Below, in pieces: positions 12,264-22,364 of a DNA stretch of 64,000 bases. How positions within the stretch are numbered: the stretch's first letter is position 1; each line of letters opens with the position of its first letter. Made by a program: the position numbers and the translations under genes. The notes under the pieces are model-generated. The model worked only from the letters and a program-made list of their open reading frames with translations. It ran no database searches and was not told where the DNA came from. The stretch spans positions 21,801 to 85,800 of the forward strand of contig JAYZAY010000024.1 of NCBI GenBank assembly GCA_036339465.1. The letters run 5' to 3'. Source of the DNA: Myxococcota bacterium. GTDB taxonomy: Bacteria; Myxococcota; XYA12-FULL-58-9; JABJBS01.

Positions 12264-13001
12264 ATGAATCGAATCGTCTTAACAATGACAACGGTGTGCA
12301 TTCTATGCTTGACGACATTGCTCGCTGTGCCGGTAATGGCGTCAAAAGACGCGGGGGTCGTGATTTTTCTGACAGGGAAAGCGGAAGTAAGTATCGATAA
12401 AAAGAGCTGGTCAAAGTTGGTTGTTAACAACGTTATTTTTTACGGGACGCATCTTCGAACGAAGAAGGGTACGCGGATGGAAATCAAACTTGGTAATGGC
12501 TCGCGGATCCGTTTGGCACCTAATTCACAGATATTTCTAAGTGACCCACAAGGCCGAATCAAAGGACGAAAACCCGGAATGAGTATTCAATTAACCGTGG
12601 GTAAAATTTGGTCGAAGGTACGCGCACTCATGGGAGCCCAGGATAATTTCGAAGTAAAAACCACCCACGCGGTAGCCGGTGTGCGAGGGACTTCATTTAA
12701 CGTTGCTGTGGATAACAAAGGGACCAGTGTGAACGTTTTCGAGGGTAAAGTCCTGGTGTCTAATAAGCCGATTTATCAAATCAAGGGCCATACGAAAGCG
12801 AACCGAGTCCCGGTTTCTGGGCCGCAAATGATTTCGAAACGAGAGTGGAATGAAACCATCGCCAATGCCATGGAGTCTATTCGGGTTGGAAAAGACGGGA
12901 AGATGAGTAAGGCTATGCCGATTCCGCGTGGTAAAAAGAAACGGAGCCCCTGGGAAGCTTGGAATATGAAGCGCGACAAGGCTACCGAAGCAGAGTTTTA
13001 G
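12264..13001 (+). CDS. FecR domain-containing exported protein
   Basis: Signal peptide after AGGTGG RBS; GSRIRLAPNS and TTHAVAGVRGTSF motifs. Confidence 0.8.
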   Translation: MNRIVLTMTTVCILCLTTLLAVPVMASKDAGVVIFLTGKAEVSIDKKSWSKLVVNNVIFYGTHLRTKKGTRMEIKLGNGSRIRLAPNSQIFLSDPQGRIKGRKPGMSIQLTVGKIWSKVRALMGAQDNFEVKTTHAVAGVRGTSFNVAVDNKGTSVNVFEGKVLVSNKPIYQIKGHTKANRVPVSGPQMISKREWNETIANAMESIRVGKDGKMSKAMPIPRGKKKRSPWEAWNMKRDKATEAEF

Positions 13002-13128
13002 ACGGGCTTTGAGCCCCGGGCCTTGAACGGATTGTCCGCAAGGTTTTAATGTCGGTTCAGATGAACCAAAAAGATCTTGATTGTTCCTGGTCAAAGCTCT
13101 AGAACCGGCCGTATCTCGTCGGAATGTC

Positions 13129-13203
13129 GGGCGCTTAACTCAGTGGTAGAGTGCCACCTTCACACGGTGGAAGTCACTGGTTCAAGTCCAGTAGTGCCCA
13201 CCA
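13129..13203 (+). tRNA. tRNA-Val (anticodon CAC)
   Basis: Acceptor stem GGGCGCT/AGTGCCC, D-loop AGTGGTA, anticodon arm CCACC-TTCACAC-GGTGG, T-loop TTCAAGT, encoded CCA. Confidence 0.96.
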
Positions 13204-13312
13204 ACACTTTAGGTGAGACTCAATTATCCAGCCGAAATCTTGAGAACCCAAGTTAAATCAATTAAGAATGCTTTGTTGCATGCTTAGATTCTAAGTGCAG
13301 GGAGACCGTTTA

Positions 13313-14077
13313 ATGCGGGATACAAGGAAACTTTACGAAAAACGTTCTAGGCGATCTGATGGGAAATCCGGCGGTCGAGGTGGACGTGATCCCCAGAGTG
13401 ATGTGAAGCGATGGATTGCTTTGAGTGTCTTGAGCTTGGGGATATTTGGGGCAGGCTTTTTGATGGGAAGGAATCTTGACTCCCCGGATACAGAAAAATT
13501 TCCGGCGCGGAGTGTGGCGGCAATTGACGAGGACCATGTGCGGCACGTGATGGCAAAGAGCGAATTTCACGAACTTTTAACCGAACCGGTTGTCGAGGAG
13601 GCACCTCAGTTGGACGTCGTAAAGCCTTCAAGGAGGACGCCGGATGAGTCTGCCGAAGATAAACGCCCCACCGAGCTGCCCGGTGACAAGGATGCGAAAG
13701 TAACAGCGAGGTTATTGCTAAACAAACTTCTCAAGAAAACTGAAGGGATGATAAACAGGGCGACAAAGTCGGATATTCAGGGAGAGGACGTTCAAGTTAA
13801 GCGGATCGAGGAAGACGCCGCTTCTCTGGATGGGCAAGATGATATTTACACTGTTCAAGTTAGCTCCTTTCAGACAGAAGAAGAGGCCCTGTCGTTTGCG
13901 GCGAGACTTAAGCGTTTGGATTACAGTCCATATGTTCTGGAAAGTGATTTGGGGGTCCGGGGGGTTTGGTATCGCGTGCGAATTGGAAATTTCACCAGTA
14001 AATCCCAAGCCGATGATATTCATCAGCGCTTGACCAGCAATAATATTCCTGGCTGGATTTTGAGGACACGTATGTAG
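13313..14077 (+). CDS. SPOR domain protein (FtsN/DedD-like)
   Basis: Single N-terminal TM helix, low-complexity linker, YTVQVSSF...WYRVRIG SPOR domain. Confidence 0.85.
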   Translation: MRDTRKLYEKRSRRSDGKSGGRGGRDPQSDVKRWIALSVLSLGIFGAGFLMGRNLDSPDTEKFPARSVAAIDEDHVRHVMAKSEFHELLTEPVVEEAPQLDVVKPSRRTPDESAEDKRPTELPGDKDAKVTARLLLNKLLKKTEGMINRATKSDIQGEDVQVKRIEEDAASLDGQDDIYTVQVSSFQTEEEALSFAARLKRLDYSPYVLESDLGVRGVWYRVRIGNFTSKSQADDIHQRLTSNNIPGWILRTRM

Positions 14078-14089
14078 GTCCTGTCTGGA

Positions 14090-14779
14090 TTAGGATGTTT
14101 CAGTGGCCGCTTCCGGTAACGGTTTTTCGCAATCGGGGTTCTCGTCGGTGCACTGAGGTTCAGCAGCGGGCGGTTCGGTTGTTGGTTTAGGCTCAGGCTC
14201 AGGGGTTACGAGCTCTTTCCAGTTATCGGCTTGGCCATCGGAATCAGAATCGAAGCCGATTTTCATGAGTTGGCCAGCTTGAAAAACTTCCCATGTGTCT
14301 ATCTTTCCATTTCCGGTTCGATCGGATTCAATGGTGACTAGGTTTCCCTCCTTATAGCGTTCGAAGACATCACCGGTACCATCCTGTGTGAGATCAATTT
14401 CTCGAGATTTCAAAAGACCTGCGATGAAAGTCGAAATTACTTCGAATCGTCCGTCGTAATCGAGGTCGGCTCTCTCTTTTTCCAATTCACCAGAGGCATC
14501 AAACTCCTGGATGAGGTCGATGATTGCATCGTAATTCAGGTCGATCTCTTTACGTCTGATTTGACCGGAATTTTCGATGGCAAATTGAAATAGGTCAGCT
14601 TCGCCGTCACCGTTGAGGTCCAGTTCTTGAATTGTCCAGCCATTTTGGGCCGCCAAGGCGGTGCGGGCGGAGGGGGTACCGGGTATGTCTGTGGGCAAAA
14701 CGGGTTTAGGGGGGGCTTTTACAGCTGCCAGGTTGCTGCAACCAATGAAGAAGAAAATAGGGATGAATGCCAATCGCAT
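14090..14779 (-). CDS. Lipoprotein with repeated Dx[N/D]xDG motifs
   Basis: Lipobox FIGC; DLNGDG, DLNYDA, DLDYDG, DLTQDG, DRTGNG, DSDSDG repeats; Pro/Glu-rich tail. Confidence 0.75.
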   Translation of the reverse strand: MRLAFIPIFFFIGCSNLAAVKAPPKPVLPTDIPGTPSARTALAAQNGWTIQELDLNGDGEADLFQFAIENSGQIRRKEIDLNYDAIIDLIQEFDASGELEKERADLDYDGRFEVISTFIAGLLKSREIDLTQDGTGDVFERYKEGNLVTIESDRTGNGKIDTWEVFQAGQLMKIGFDSDSDGQADNWKELVTPEPEPKPTTEPPAAEPQCTDENPDCEKPLPEAATETS

Positions 14780-14858
14780 AGCGCCTCCAGGAGAACCAAT
14801 AAGTATGAGGTTGCCACGTTTATATGGGTCTTTTCAACGGGCAAATGCGGGAAGACAG

Positions 14859-14872
14859 TATATTGCAATATA
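14859..14872. promoter_or_regulatory. Perfect 14-bp palindrome TATATTGCAATATA, candidate operator
   Basis: In the divergent intergenic region between the lipoprotein and RHH genes. Confidence 0.45.
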
Positions 14873-14936
14873 TATTTACATATGGCAAAATATGGTTACC
14901 TCTGGAAGTTTGTTGCAGTTACGGTGGGGGTGCACG

Positions 14937-15125
14937 ATGGCAGAACAAAAGGTTGAGAAGAAGATTTCTACGACTGTTTATATCACCCAAACGCAGTCTG
15001 AGCGATTGAAACAGCTTCATGGGCGGACCAAAGTACCCGTCGCTGAATACATTCGTCAGGGGATCGATATGGTCCTTGAAGAAAATGCCGATAAGTTACC
15101 CGGGCAGCTTTCTTTAATGAAGTAG
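14937..15125 (+). CDS. Ribbon-helix-helix DNA-binding protein (62 aa)
   Basis: ATG 14937 after GGGGG; KKISTTVYIT strand followed by two helices (ERLKQLHGRTKVPVAEYIRQGIDMVL). Confidence 0.8.
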   Translation: MAEQKVEKKISTTVYITQTQSERLKQLHGRTKVPVAEYIRQGIDMVLEENADKLPGQLSLMK

Positions 15126-15146
15126 TTTTGTGGCTTGGAGCTGTTT

Positions 15147-15174
15147 TAATTGTCACGGGGCTAATTGTCACGGG
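15147..15174 (+). repeat. 13-bp direct repeat TAATTGTCACGGG x2 (15-bp period)
   Basis: Copies at 15147-15159 and 15162-15174, upstream of lepA. Confidence 0.8.
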
Positions 15175-15259
15175 AGCTATTGACTTCGCAGCCAAAAGGT
15201 CCAGAACGGGCACATTGGGAGCGGTTCGCTGGCTTTTTATTTGATAGATTGTGTAGGCT

Positions 15260-17053
15260 ATGTCCAAGAATATTCGAAATTTCTGTATTATTGCCCATAT
15301 TGACCACGGCAAGAGCACCTTAGCAGATCGCATTCTCGATGTTTGTCAGGCTGTAGATGAGCGGTCGGAGCAGGCACAGCTTTTAGACAGCATGGACTTG
15401 GAGCGTGAACGAGGAATCACAATCAAGGCTCAGGCTGTTCGGTTGAGGTATGTGGCAAACAATGGAGAAGAGTACCAGTTTAACCTGATCGATACCCCCG
15501 GACATGTCGATTTCACCTACGAGGTGTCAAGATCTCTATCTGCCTGTGACGGTGCCATTTTGGTGGTCGATGCGACTCAGGGGGTTGAGGCCCAAACTCT
15601 CGCGAATGTTTACCTTGCTTTGGAAAATGACCTCGAAATTCTAACGGTGATTAATAAAATCGATTTGCCGAGTGCGGACGTGGAACGCGTAAAGTCGGAG
15701 ATCGAGGAGATTATCGGCTTACCCACAGATAACGCAGTCAATGTGAGCGCTAAAACGGGGATGGGTGTTCCCGATGTTCTTGAAGCCGTGGTTGCGTATT
15801 TGCCTCCCCCTGAGCAAGACAAAGAAAAGCCTTTGAAGGCTTTGCTCTTTGATTCATGGTTTGACGCGTATCGTGGGGTAATGGTTTTGGCTCGGGTGGT
15901 GGAAGGGGAGATGAAGAAAGGAACACCTCTGCGGTTTTGGACAACTGGAGCCGAATATCAGGTACAGGAATTAGGTGTGTTTGGGCCTGAGCCAGCGCGG
16001 ATTGATACGCTTTCGGCTGGGGAAGTTGGGTTTATTGTTGGAGGGATTAAGGATATCCATCAAACCCAAATAGGTGACACCATTACAAGTGCCACGATGC
16101 CGTGTGAGCGCCCTTTGGAGGGTTTTCAAGAAGTACAGCCGATGGTTTTTTCCGGGATTTTTCCCATCGAATCCAAGGATTATCAATCTCTGAGAGATGC
16201 TCTTGAGAAGCTCAAGTTGAATGACTCGTCGTTTCAATTTGAGCCAGAGACCAGCATTGCTTTGGGGTTTGGTTTTCGCTGTGGCTTTCTCGGCCTTTTG
16301 CATATGGAAATCGTTCAAGAGCGGCTCGAACGCGAATATAGCCTGAGCCTTATTTCCACTGCACCCACGGTTATCTATTTTTCCTACACCAAGGATGGGG
16401 ATAAAATTCGGGTCGATAATCCATCCCATCTACCTTCGGCTTCAGAGAGGGATCGGATTGAAGAACCCCGCATTAAGGCTTCAATCCATGTTCCCAATGA
16501 ATATGTTGGCGTGGTGATGAAACTTTGTGAGGAGCGACGGGGGCGCCAAATGGATTTAACGTATACGGACTTTGGCCGGATCCAGGTCGTGTATGATCTT
16601 CCTTTGGCTGAAGTTGTTTTCGACTTTTACGACCGACTCAAGAGTGTTTCTCGCGGTTATGCTTCTTGTGATTATGAGGTTATGGCTTATGAAAAAGCGG
16701 ATTTGGTTAAATTGGACATTCTTATCAACGGGGAAGTTTGTGATGCACTTTCGTTGATTGTTCACAAGTCATCGGCTTTCCATCGTGGGCAGATGCTTTG
16801 TAGTAAGTTGAAGGAGATCATTCCCCGTCAACAATTTGAGGTGGCCATTCAGGCAGCAATTGGCACCAAGGTGATCGCCAGGACGACGGTGAAGGCTTAC
16901 CGTAAGAACGTGACTGCAAAGTGCTATGGAGGAGATATCAGCCGTAAGCGAAAGCTGCTCGAAAAGCAGAAAGAAGGTAAAAAACGTATGAAGTCGGTGG
17001 GTTCTGTCGAGTTGCCTCAGGAAGCTTTCTTGGCGGTTTTAAAGACGGATTAA
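15260..17053 (+). CDS. lepA: Elongation factor 4
   Basis: [41 protein letters not shown]. Confidence 0.98.
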   Translation: MSKNIRNFCIIAHIDHGKSTLADRILDVCQAVDERSEQAQLLDSMDLERERGITIKAQAVRLRYVANNGEEYQFNLIDTPGHVDFTYEVSRSLSACDGAILVVDATQGVEAQTLANVYLALENDLEILTVINKIDLPSADVERVKSEIEEIIGLPTDNAVNVSAKTGMGVPDVLEAVVAYLPPPEQDKEKPLKALLFDSWFDAYRGVMVLARVVEGEMKKGTPLRFWTTGAEYQVQELGVFGPEPARIDTLSAGEVGFIVGGIKDIHQTQIGDTITSATMPCERPLEGFQEVQPMVFSGIFPIESKDYQSLRDALEKLKLNDSSFQFEPETSIALGFGFRCGFLGLLHMEIVQERLEREYSLSLISTAPTVIYFSYTKDGDKIRVDNPSHLPSASERDRIEEPRIKASIHVPNEYVGVVMKLCEERRGRQMDLTYTDFGRIQVVYDLPLAEVVFDFYDRLKSVSRGYASCDYEVMAYEKADLVKLDILINGEVCDALSLIVHKSSAFHRGQMLCSKLKEIIPRQQFEVAIQAAIGTKVIARTTVKAYRKNVTAKCYGGDISRKRKLLEKQKEGKKRMKSVGSVELPQEAFLAVLKTD

Positions 17054-17075
17054 CCGGAAAAAGGGTGTAATTTAG

Positions 17076-17810
17076 ATGACGGTTGGTCCCACAACTTCGA
17101 AATCCAAGCCAATATCCAAAGATTCAACCGTTGGTGGTTGGTGGGAGTCCATTAAGTCAATTTTATTGGCTGTGCTTATTGCCCTAACCCTAAGGGCGTT
17201 TGTGATTGAAGCCTTCAAGATCCCCAGTGGCTCGATGATTCCAACGTTGGCCATTGGAGACCAAATATTTGTGAATAAATATCTTTATGGCATTCGAGTT
17301 CCCTTTACCTCGACTCTGTTGACGAGATTTCAAGCTCCTTTACGGGGGGATGTCATTGTCTTCATTTGTCCTGACTCACCGAGCGATGATTACATCAAGC
17401 GGATCGTGGCGACTGAAGGTGAGGTGGTTGAAGTGCGGGGGGGCACGGTTTATGTGAATGATGAGCCCATTAAGCGCGGTCGGGAAGGGGTTGAGACCTT
17501 TGACGACCGGGAGCTACAAACCGGGCGTTGGCACCCACTACGGGCAGTTCGCTTTAATGAGAGCTTTGGCAATAGGAGCTACACGACTCTCGAGGCCTTC
17601 GGCGATTTTCGGCAAATGCCGGATTATGGGCCCTACATTGTTCCCGAAGATCATGTTTTTGTGATGGGAGACAATCGAGACCATTCAAGGGACAGTCGAA
17701 TTTTTGGGCCAGTGCCGAGGCAGAATATTTTGGGGAAAGCAATGTTTGTCTGGTGGTCTTGGGGTAAAGACGGTTTAGCCACGGACCGACTGGGAACCTG
17801 GATCGATTAA
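17076..17810 (+). CDS. lepB: Signal peptidase I
   Basis: IPSGSMIPTL, YIKR, GDNRDHSRDSR; follows lepA. Confidence 0.96.
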   Translation: MTVGPTTSKSKPISKDSTVGGWWESIKSILLAVLIALTLRAFVIEAFKIPSGSMIPTLAIGDQIFVNKYLYGIRVPFTSTLLTRFQAPLRGDVIVFICPDSPSDDYIKRIVATEGEVVEVRGGTVYVNDEPIKRGREGVETFDDRELQTGRWHPLRAVRFNESFGNRSYTTLEAFGDFRQMPDYGPYIVPEDHVFVMGDNRDHSRDSRIFGPVPRQNILGKAMFVWWSWGKDGLATDRLGTWID

Positions 17811-17928
17811 AGCCACCCATCTTCTGTGGTTTCAATAAAATATCTTTGCGGAGTCTTGGGCTTTCGATACAAGTCGGGCCTTAGGAGGCGGTGTTTTAGT
17901 CGCTTGGGAGTGGAAGGAAGGTCAAAGG

Positions 17929-18465
17929 ATGAATGACGTGGTGTTGAATGCGGAAGGTGTACACGAAGCGATTGAGCGTATTTGCCAAGAGATTTGTGAG
18001 CAGGAACGCGGCAATAAGCTTGCGATTGTAGGCATAAGACACGGTGGCGAGGTGCTTGCTAAACGCGTGGCTACCAGGATCGAACAGCTGCTCGACTGTG
18101 AAGTCCCTGTGGGGTTTGTAGATATTACTCTCTATAGAGATGATGGTTTTGGGCGTGCCGAGTGGCCGGAAGTGGGGGTGACTGAGATTCCTTTTAACCC
18201 CACTGAGAGCATCGTGGTTTTGGTCGATGATGTGCTTTTTACGGGCCGAACTGTCCGGGCGGCTCTGGATGCTATTCTAGACTATGGTAGGCCACCGGCC
18301 ATTCGGGCCGCTGTTTTGGTTGACCGAGGCCTCCGTGAATTACCGATTCGGGCTGATTTTGTTGGAATTCAATTAACGACTGAGCACGATCAACATGTGC
18401 GCGTTAATCTTACGAATGCCGAGGAAGACGATATTGTCGTTGTTTCCGTGAGAACAAAACAGTAA
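17929..18465 (+). CDS. pyrR: Pyrimidine operon regulator / uracil phosphoribosyltransferase PyrR
   Basis: DITLYRDD, VLVDDVLFTGRTVRAA, DRGLRELPIRADFVG. Confidence 0.94.
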   Translation: MNDVVLNAEGVHEAIERICQEICEQERGNKLAIVGIRHGGEVLAKRVATRIEQLLDCEVPVGFVDITLYRDDGFGRAEWPEVGVTEIPFNPTESIVVLVDDVLFTGRTVRAALDAILDYGRPPAIRAAVLVDRGLRELPIRADFVGIQLTTEHDQHVRVNLTNAEEDDIVVVSVRTKQ

Positions 18466-18514
18466 TAGCCGTCCAAACTTTGGTTCACGAGACCGAGAAA
18501 CAAGGCGAATAACG

Positions 18515-19441
18515 ATGATTCAAGGCCAGCATCTTCTTGGAATGGAAGGACTCAGTGCGGATACCATTTATAGTATCCTCGATACTTCCAAAAGCTTTAA
18601 ACAAGTGTCAAAACGGACCATTAAGAAGGTTCCTTCATTGCGAGGGAGAACGATTTTAAACGTTTTTTACGAGGCGAGTACGCGTACCAGGGTGAGCTTT
18701 GAGCTTGCGGCCAAGCGTTTGTCGGCCGATGGCGTTAATATCGCGGCGAGTGGTTCATCCACGGCCAAGGGCGAATCCCTTCTAGACATGGCCCAAACTC
18801 TCGATGCAATGCAGGCGGATGCGGTTGTTATTCGCCACGGGCAAAGTGGGGCACCTCACTACCTCGCTGATCGGATCAACGCGCGCGTGATTAATGCAGG
18901 TGATGGGCAGCACGAACACCCCACGCAGGCACTGCTTGATATTTTCACCATTCGAGAGCATTTTGCGAATCTGGAAGGCCTGGAAGTGGCCATTGTAGGG
19001 GATATTCGACATTCTCGGGTGGCGCGGTCCAACCTAATCGCGATGCGAACGCTCGGTATGAATGTGCGTGTGGCGGGGCCTACTACATTGGTGCCAGCTG
19101 AATTTGAAAAGGCGTATGACTGTACGCGGGTTGCTTCAGTGGAGGAAGCGATGGAAGGTGCACAGGTGGTGATGGCTCTCCGGCTTCAGAAGGAGAGAAT
19201 GGTGAGTGGGCTTTTACCTTCGCTTGGAGAGTATGCGGATTTTTATGGCATTAATAAAACCATGATGGGCTTAATGGCCGATGATGGGATTCTAATGCAT
19301 CCAGGACCGGTCAATCGCGGAGTCGAATTGTCTCCCGATGTGGTGAATTCAAAGCGCAGTGTCATTTTACAACAGGTTGAAAATGGCGTGGCTATTCGCT
19401 GTGCTGTGCTCTTTCTGCTCTTGGGAGGAGAAACGCCATGA
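18515..19441 (+). CDS. pyrB: Aspartate carbamoyltransferase catalytic subunit
   Basis: STRTRVSFE, HPTQALLD, MHPGP. Confidence 0.97.
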   Translation: MIQGQHLLGMEGLSADTIYSILDTSKSFKQVSKRTIKKVPSLRGRTILNVFYEASTRTRVSFELAAKRLSADGVNIAASGSSTAKGESLLDMAQTLDAMQADAVVIRHGQSGAPHYLADRINARVINAGDGQHEHPTQALLDIFTIREHFANLEGLEVAIVGDIRHSRVARSNLIAMRTLGMNVRVAGPTTLVPAEFEKAYDCTRVASVEEAMEGAQVVMALRLQKERMVSGLLPSLGEYADFYGINKTMMGLMADDGILMHPGPVNRGVELSPDVVNSKRSVILQQVENGVAIRCAVLFLLLGGETP

Positions 19442-20730
19442 ACCAGATTTTGTTTAAGGGAGTTCGGGTGATCGACCCTGTTCATCAGCTCGACGGGGAT
19501 TTTGATGTCTTACTGAAAGGGGAGAAGATTGCGGCGGTAGAGCCGGTGGGCAAGCTTAAGCCGACGGGTGAGGTTAAGGTTTTGGATGGTGTTGGGAAAT
19601 GGTTAACCACGCCCTTTGTTGATCTCCACACCACCATTGCCTGTCCGTCGGAGTCCTATAAGGAAGACCTACACTCTGTCCAAGACGTTGCGGTAGCGGG
19701 GGGATTTGGGACAATTTTGTTGATTCCATCCAAAGAAATGCCCATGGATACACCTGAGATTATTCATTATATCCGCGAGCGTGCCGATGCTTATGGCAAA
19801 TGCTCTGTTCTACCGGTTGCGGGGTTGACGCACGGGCTTTTGGGGGAGCGGTTGAGCGAGCTTGGTTTGCTGCAGGCAGCAGGAGCGGTTGGGGTTTCTA
19901 ATGGACCGGTGCCGGTGAAGAACACGCAGCTCCTGCGCAACGCGTTTGAGTACGGTACCGATTTTGGGCTGCCTTTTATCTTGGAATCGATGGATGCTTA
20001 TTTGGGTGAACACGGTGATATGCATGAGGGCGCTATGTCGACGACATTGGGCCTTCGAGGATTGCCGCGGACGGGAGAAGATGTTGCCACCGCCCGAAAT
20101 ATTTTTTTGGCGGAGTTAACCGGGGCAAGATTGCATTTGGTTATTTCCAGCATGGCGGCGGCTGAATGTGTCGCCAAGGGCCAGGCGCGAGGTGTTGATA
20201 TCTCCGCCCATACCTCAGCCCACCATTTATTGATGACCGACAAAGCTCTCGTTACTTACGATACGAATTTGAAATTGAGACCGCCACTGCGGGAGGCCGA
20301 AGACCGGATTGCTTTGGCTGAAGCACTCAAACAAGATATCCTAACTGGCATTGCGTCACACCACCATCCACAGTGTTCTATTGAGAAAGATTGTACTTTC
20401 GGGGTGGCGGGTTTTGGAAGTCTGGGGCTTCAGACTTGTTTTGCAGAAGCCCTTGAGGCGTCAAAGTTACGTCAGATCAATCCGATGAAGCTGCTCGAGA
20501 AGCTTACGGTTGGGCCTGCTGAGGTTATTGGGCTTGAACTACCCGGGCTTACGGTGGGAGCACCGGCCAACGTGGTTATGCTGGATCCCGGTTCTGAATG
20601 GCGACTAAATTCCGAAACGAATCGGAGTAAGAGTGAAAATTCTGCGGTTTGGAATCGGTCCCTAAGGGGTCGGGTTGACTTTACTGTCCTTGATGGAAAG
20701 ATTGCTTACGAAGCGGATATTCAGGCTTAA
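19438..20730 (+). CDS. Dihydroorotase-like protein, probably inactive (PyrC' type)
   Basis: Class I DHOase scaffold (AGGF, HHL, PPLR) overlapping pyrB (ATGA); metal/catalytic motifs altered: DLHTTI for DxHVH, IASHHHP for ATDHAP. Confidence 0.85.
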   Translation: MNQILFKGVRVIDPVHQLDGDFDVLLKGEKIAAVEPVGKLKPTGEVKVLDGVGKWLTTPFVDLHTTIACPSESYKEDLHSVQDVAVAGGFGTILLIPSKEMPMDTPEIIHYIRERADAYGKCSVLPVAGLTHGLLGERLSELGLLQAAGAVGVSNGPVPVKNTQLLRNAFEYGTDFGLPFILESMDAYLGEHGDMHEGAMSTTLGLRGLPRTGEDVATARNIFLAELTGARLHLVISSMAAAECVAKGQARGVDISAHTSAHHLLMTDKALVTYDTNLKLRPPLREAEDRIALAEALKQDILTGIASHHHPQCSIEKDCTFGVAGFGSLGLQTCFAEALEASKLRQINPMKLLEKLTVGPAEVIGLELPGLTVGAPANVVMLDPGSEWRLNSETNRSKSENSAVWNRSLRGRVDFTVLDGKIAYEADIQA

Positions 20731-21239
20731 CAAGAGTCTCGCTGAATCTTTTTGCCAATAAGGTGACCGTTGGGGAGCCTTATACTTTTGGGTTGGTTAA
20801 TCTTAGTATGGGGGCTCATGGGTCTACCAACTTCTCGAACCAGCGGGACTCAATGGGATGGGTGAGGTGGCTCTAGAATTTTAGCTACCCGGTGAATCGA
20901 AGGTATTGATGGCCGGGAGTACGGGAATCCTGGGGAAATAAGTCCCCCCCCCATGAACCCTGGTTCTGTGATTTAGAATTTCCTCACATGAATAAGCGTG
21001 ATCACACACGGTTGTACCAATCCTTTTGGCGTGTTTCTTGAATTTTGAAAACGATGTCGGCTCTATAGCCATCGCTGTGAGAATTGGCCGTTGGATACTG
21101 GAAACGTTTCGTGGGTTGGTGCCTTTGTGGTAGTCTTAGTTGAGTACATGTTGGGATATGGGATGATGTCTCAATTCTTTTAGGCTTACCTAATCGAATC
21201 ATTCATGGCGCTTATCGTATTTTCTTAGTGGAGTGTCGG

Positions 21240-22340
21240 ATGGAGTCCATCATACCCACGGTGATGACCGTTGACGACAACAAAACGGTTCGGGAAATTA
21301 TTTGTGCCTCTTTAGAAGAACGTGGCTACGACGTTGTGGTGGCGGCGGACGGTAAGGTGGCTCTGGAGTTACTTCAGGTTCGAAGAGTGCAGCTGATTCT
21401 TCTCGACGTGATGATGCCAGATCTTGATGGTCTCGGTTTTCTTCAAGCGCTTCGCTCTCGTGACGATAAGACCCCGGTGGTTCTACTGACGGCGAAGACC
21501 GAGACGCGAGTTATTTCCGAGTGCCTTAAGTTTGGTATCAAAAGCTATATATCCAAGCCTATTATTCCCGACCAACTTATCAGGGAGATTGAGTCGCTTT
21601 TGGGTACACCACCCGAAATAGCGTCCATGATAGGTGTGGGGAGGGGGCATGGTTGGGGGCAGATGCTCTTGGTGGACGCTAGTGAGAAAACAGCATTCAA
21701 GTTGCGTGAGCTACTGCCGAATACGGTGGAATTGGAAACGGCGCTTGATTTTCAGAGAGCTCTCAATCGAGCGAGTGCATGTAATTACGGTGCCGTTTTG
21801 GTCGATAATCGGGTGAAGGGGGCTGAATTAGGGGACGCTCTCAATTATTTACGACCTCTTCTTCCACATGCTGTATTTATCGCGCTGTTTTTGAAAAAGG
21901 ATGTCGACCCAGAACTTGTTGCTTGGGAGTTGGGGTTTGATGGCCACATGATTAAACCGATTCGACAAGAGGATATGGAGCATCTTTTTGACGCCATTGG
22001 CTATTACGACTACGAACTCCAAAATGTCCTTTCGGTAGCCGGTACGATATTGTACCCACTTCCGGCTTCAAAATACTCTGCAAGTTTGGAACGCTACTTT
22101 TCGAGTTTGGGGGAACAAATTGGCGATTGGATAGAAAAACTTGGCGCGAATTGTGTGGAGGGTCTTGTTTTTGATGGGACGCATCTGCCGGAATCGTCTT
22201 TGAGTGGTCCTTTGGTGCGGATGGCGGTTCAGTTGAGTCTCGATCTGGGAATGTCCATTGATGTTGTGGGGCGAGATGAGTTTAAAGACGATTTAGGAGA
22301 GCTTTTAAGTTGTGATGATGTTCGATTTAGAGAAATATAA
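21240..22340 (+). CDS. Response regulator with tandem receiver domains and unknown C-terminal domain
   Basis: REC1 VDD / LLDVMMP / LTA / SKP; second degenerate REC (LLVD...VD...IKP). Confidence 0.8.
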   Translation: MESIIPTVMTVDDNKTVREIICASLEERGYDVVVAADGKVALELLQVRRVQLILLDVMMPDLDGLGFLQALRSRDDKTPVVLLTAKTETRVISECLKFGIKSYISKPIIPDQLIREIESLLGTPPEIASMIGVGRGHGWGQMLLVDASEKTAFKLRELLPNTVELETALDFQRALNRASACNYGAVLVDNRVKGAELGDALNYLRPLLPHAVFIALFLKKDVDPELVAWELGFDGHMIKPIRQEDMEHLFDAIGYYDYELQNVLSVAGTILYPLPASKYSASLERYFSSLGEQIGDWIEKLGANCVEGLVFDGTHLPESSLSGPLVRMAVQLSLDLGMSIDVVGRDEFKDDLGELLSCDDVRFREI

Positions 22341-22364
22341 ATTTATGACTTTGGGTGTTCTACG

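Noticed and set aside
13129..13300. tRNA-Val as an integration site for an island or prophage
   Set aside because: No integrase and no duplicated tRNA 3' end noticed; flanking genes look chromosomal
17811..17928. PyrR-binding attenuator upstream of pyrR
   Set aside because: Only a weak GCCT-TAGG-AGGC hairpin; no clear match to the PyrR binding loop or terminator/antiterminator set
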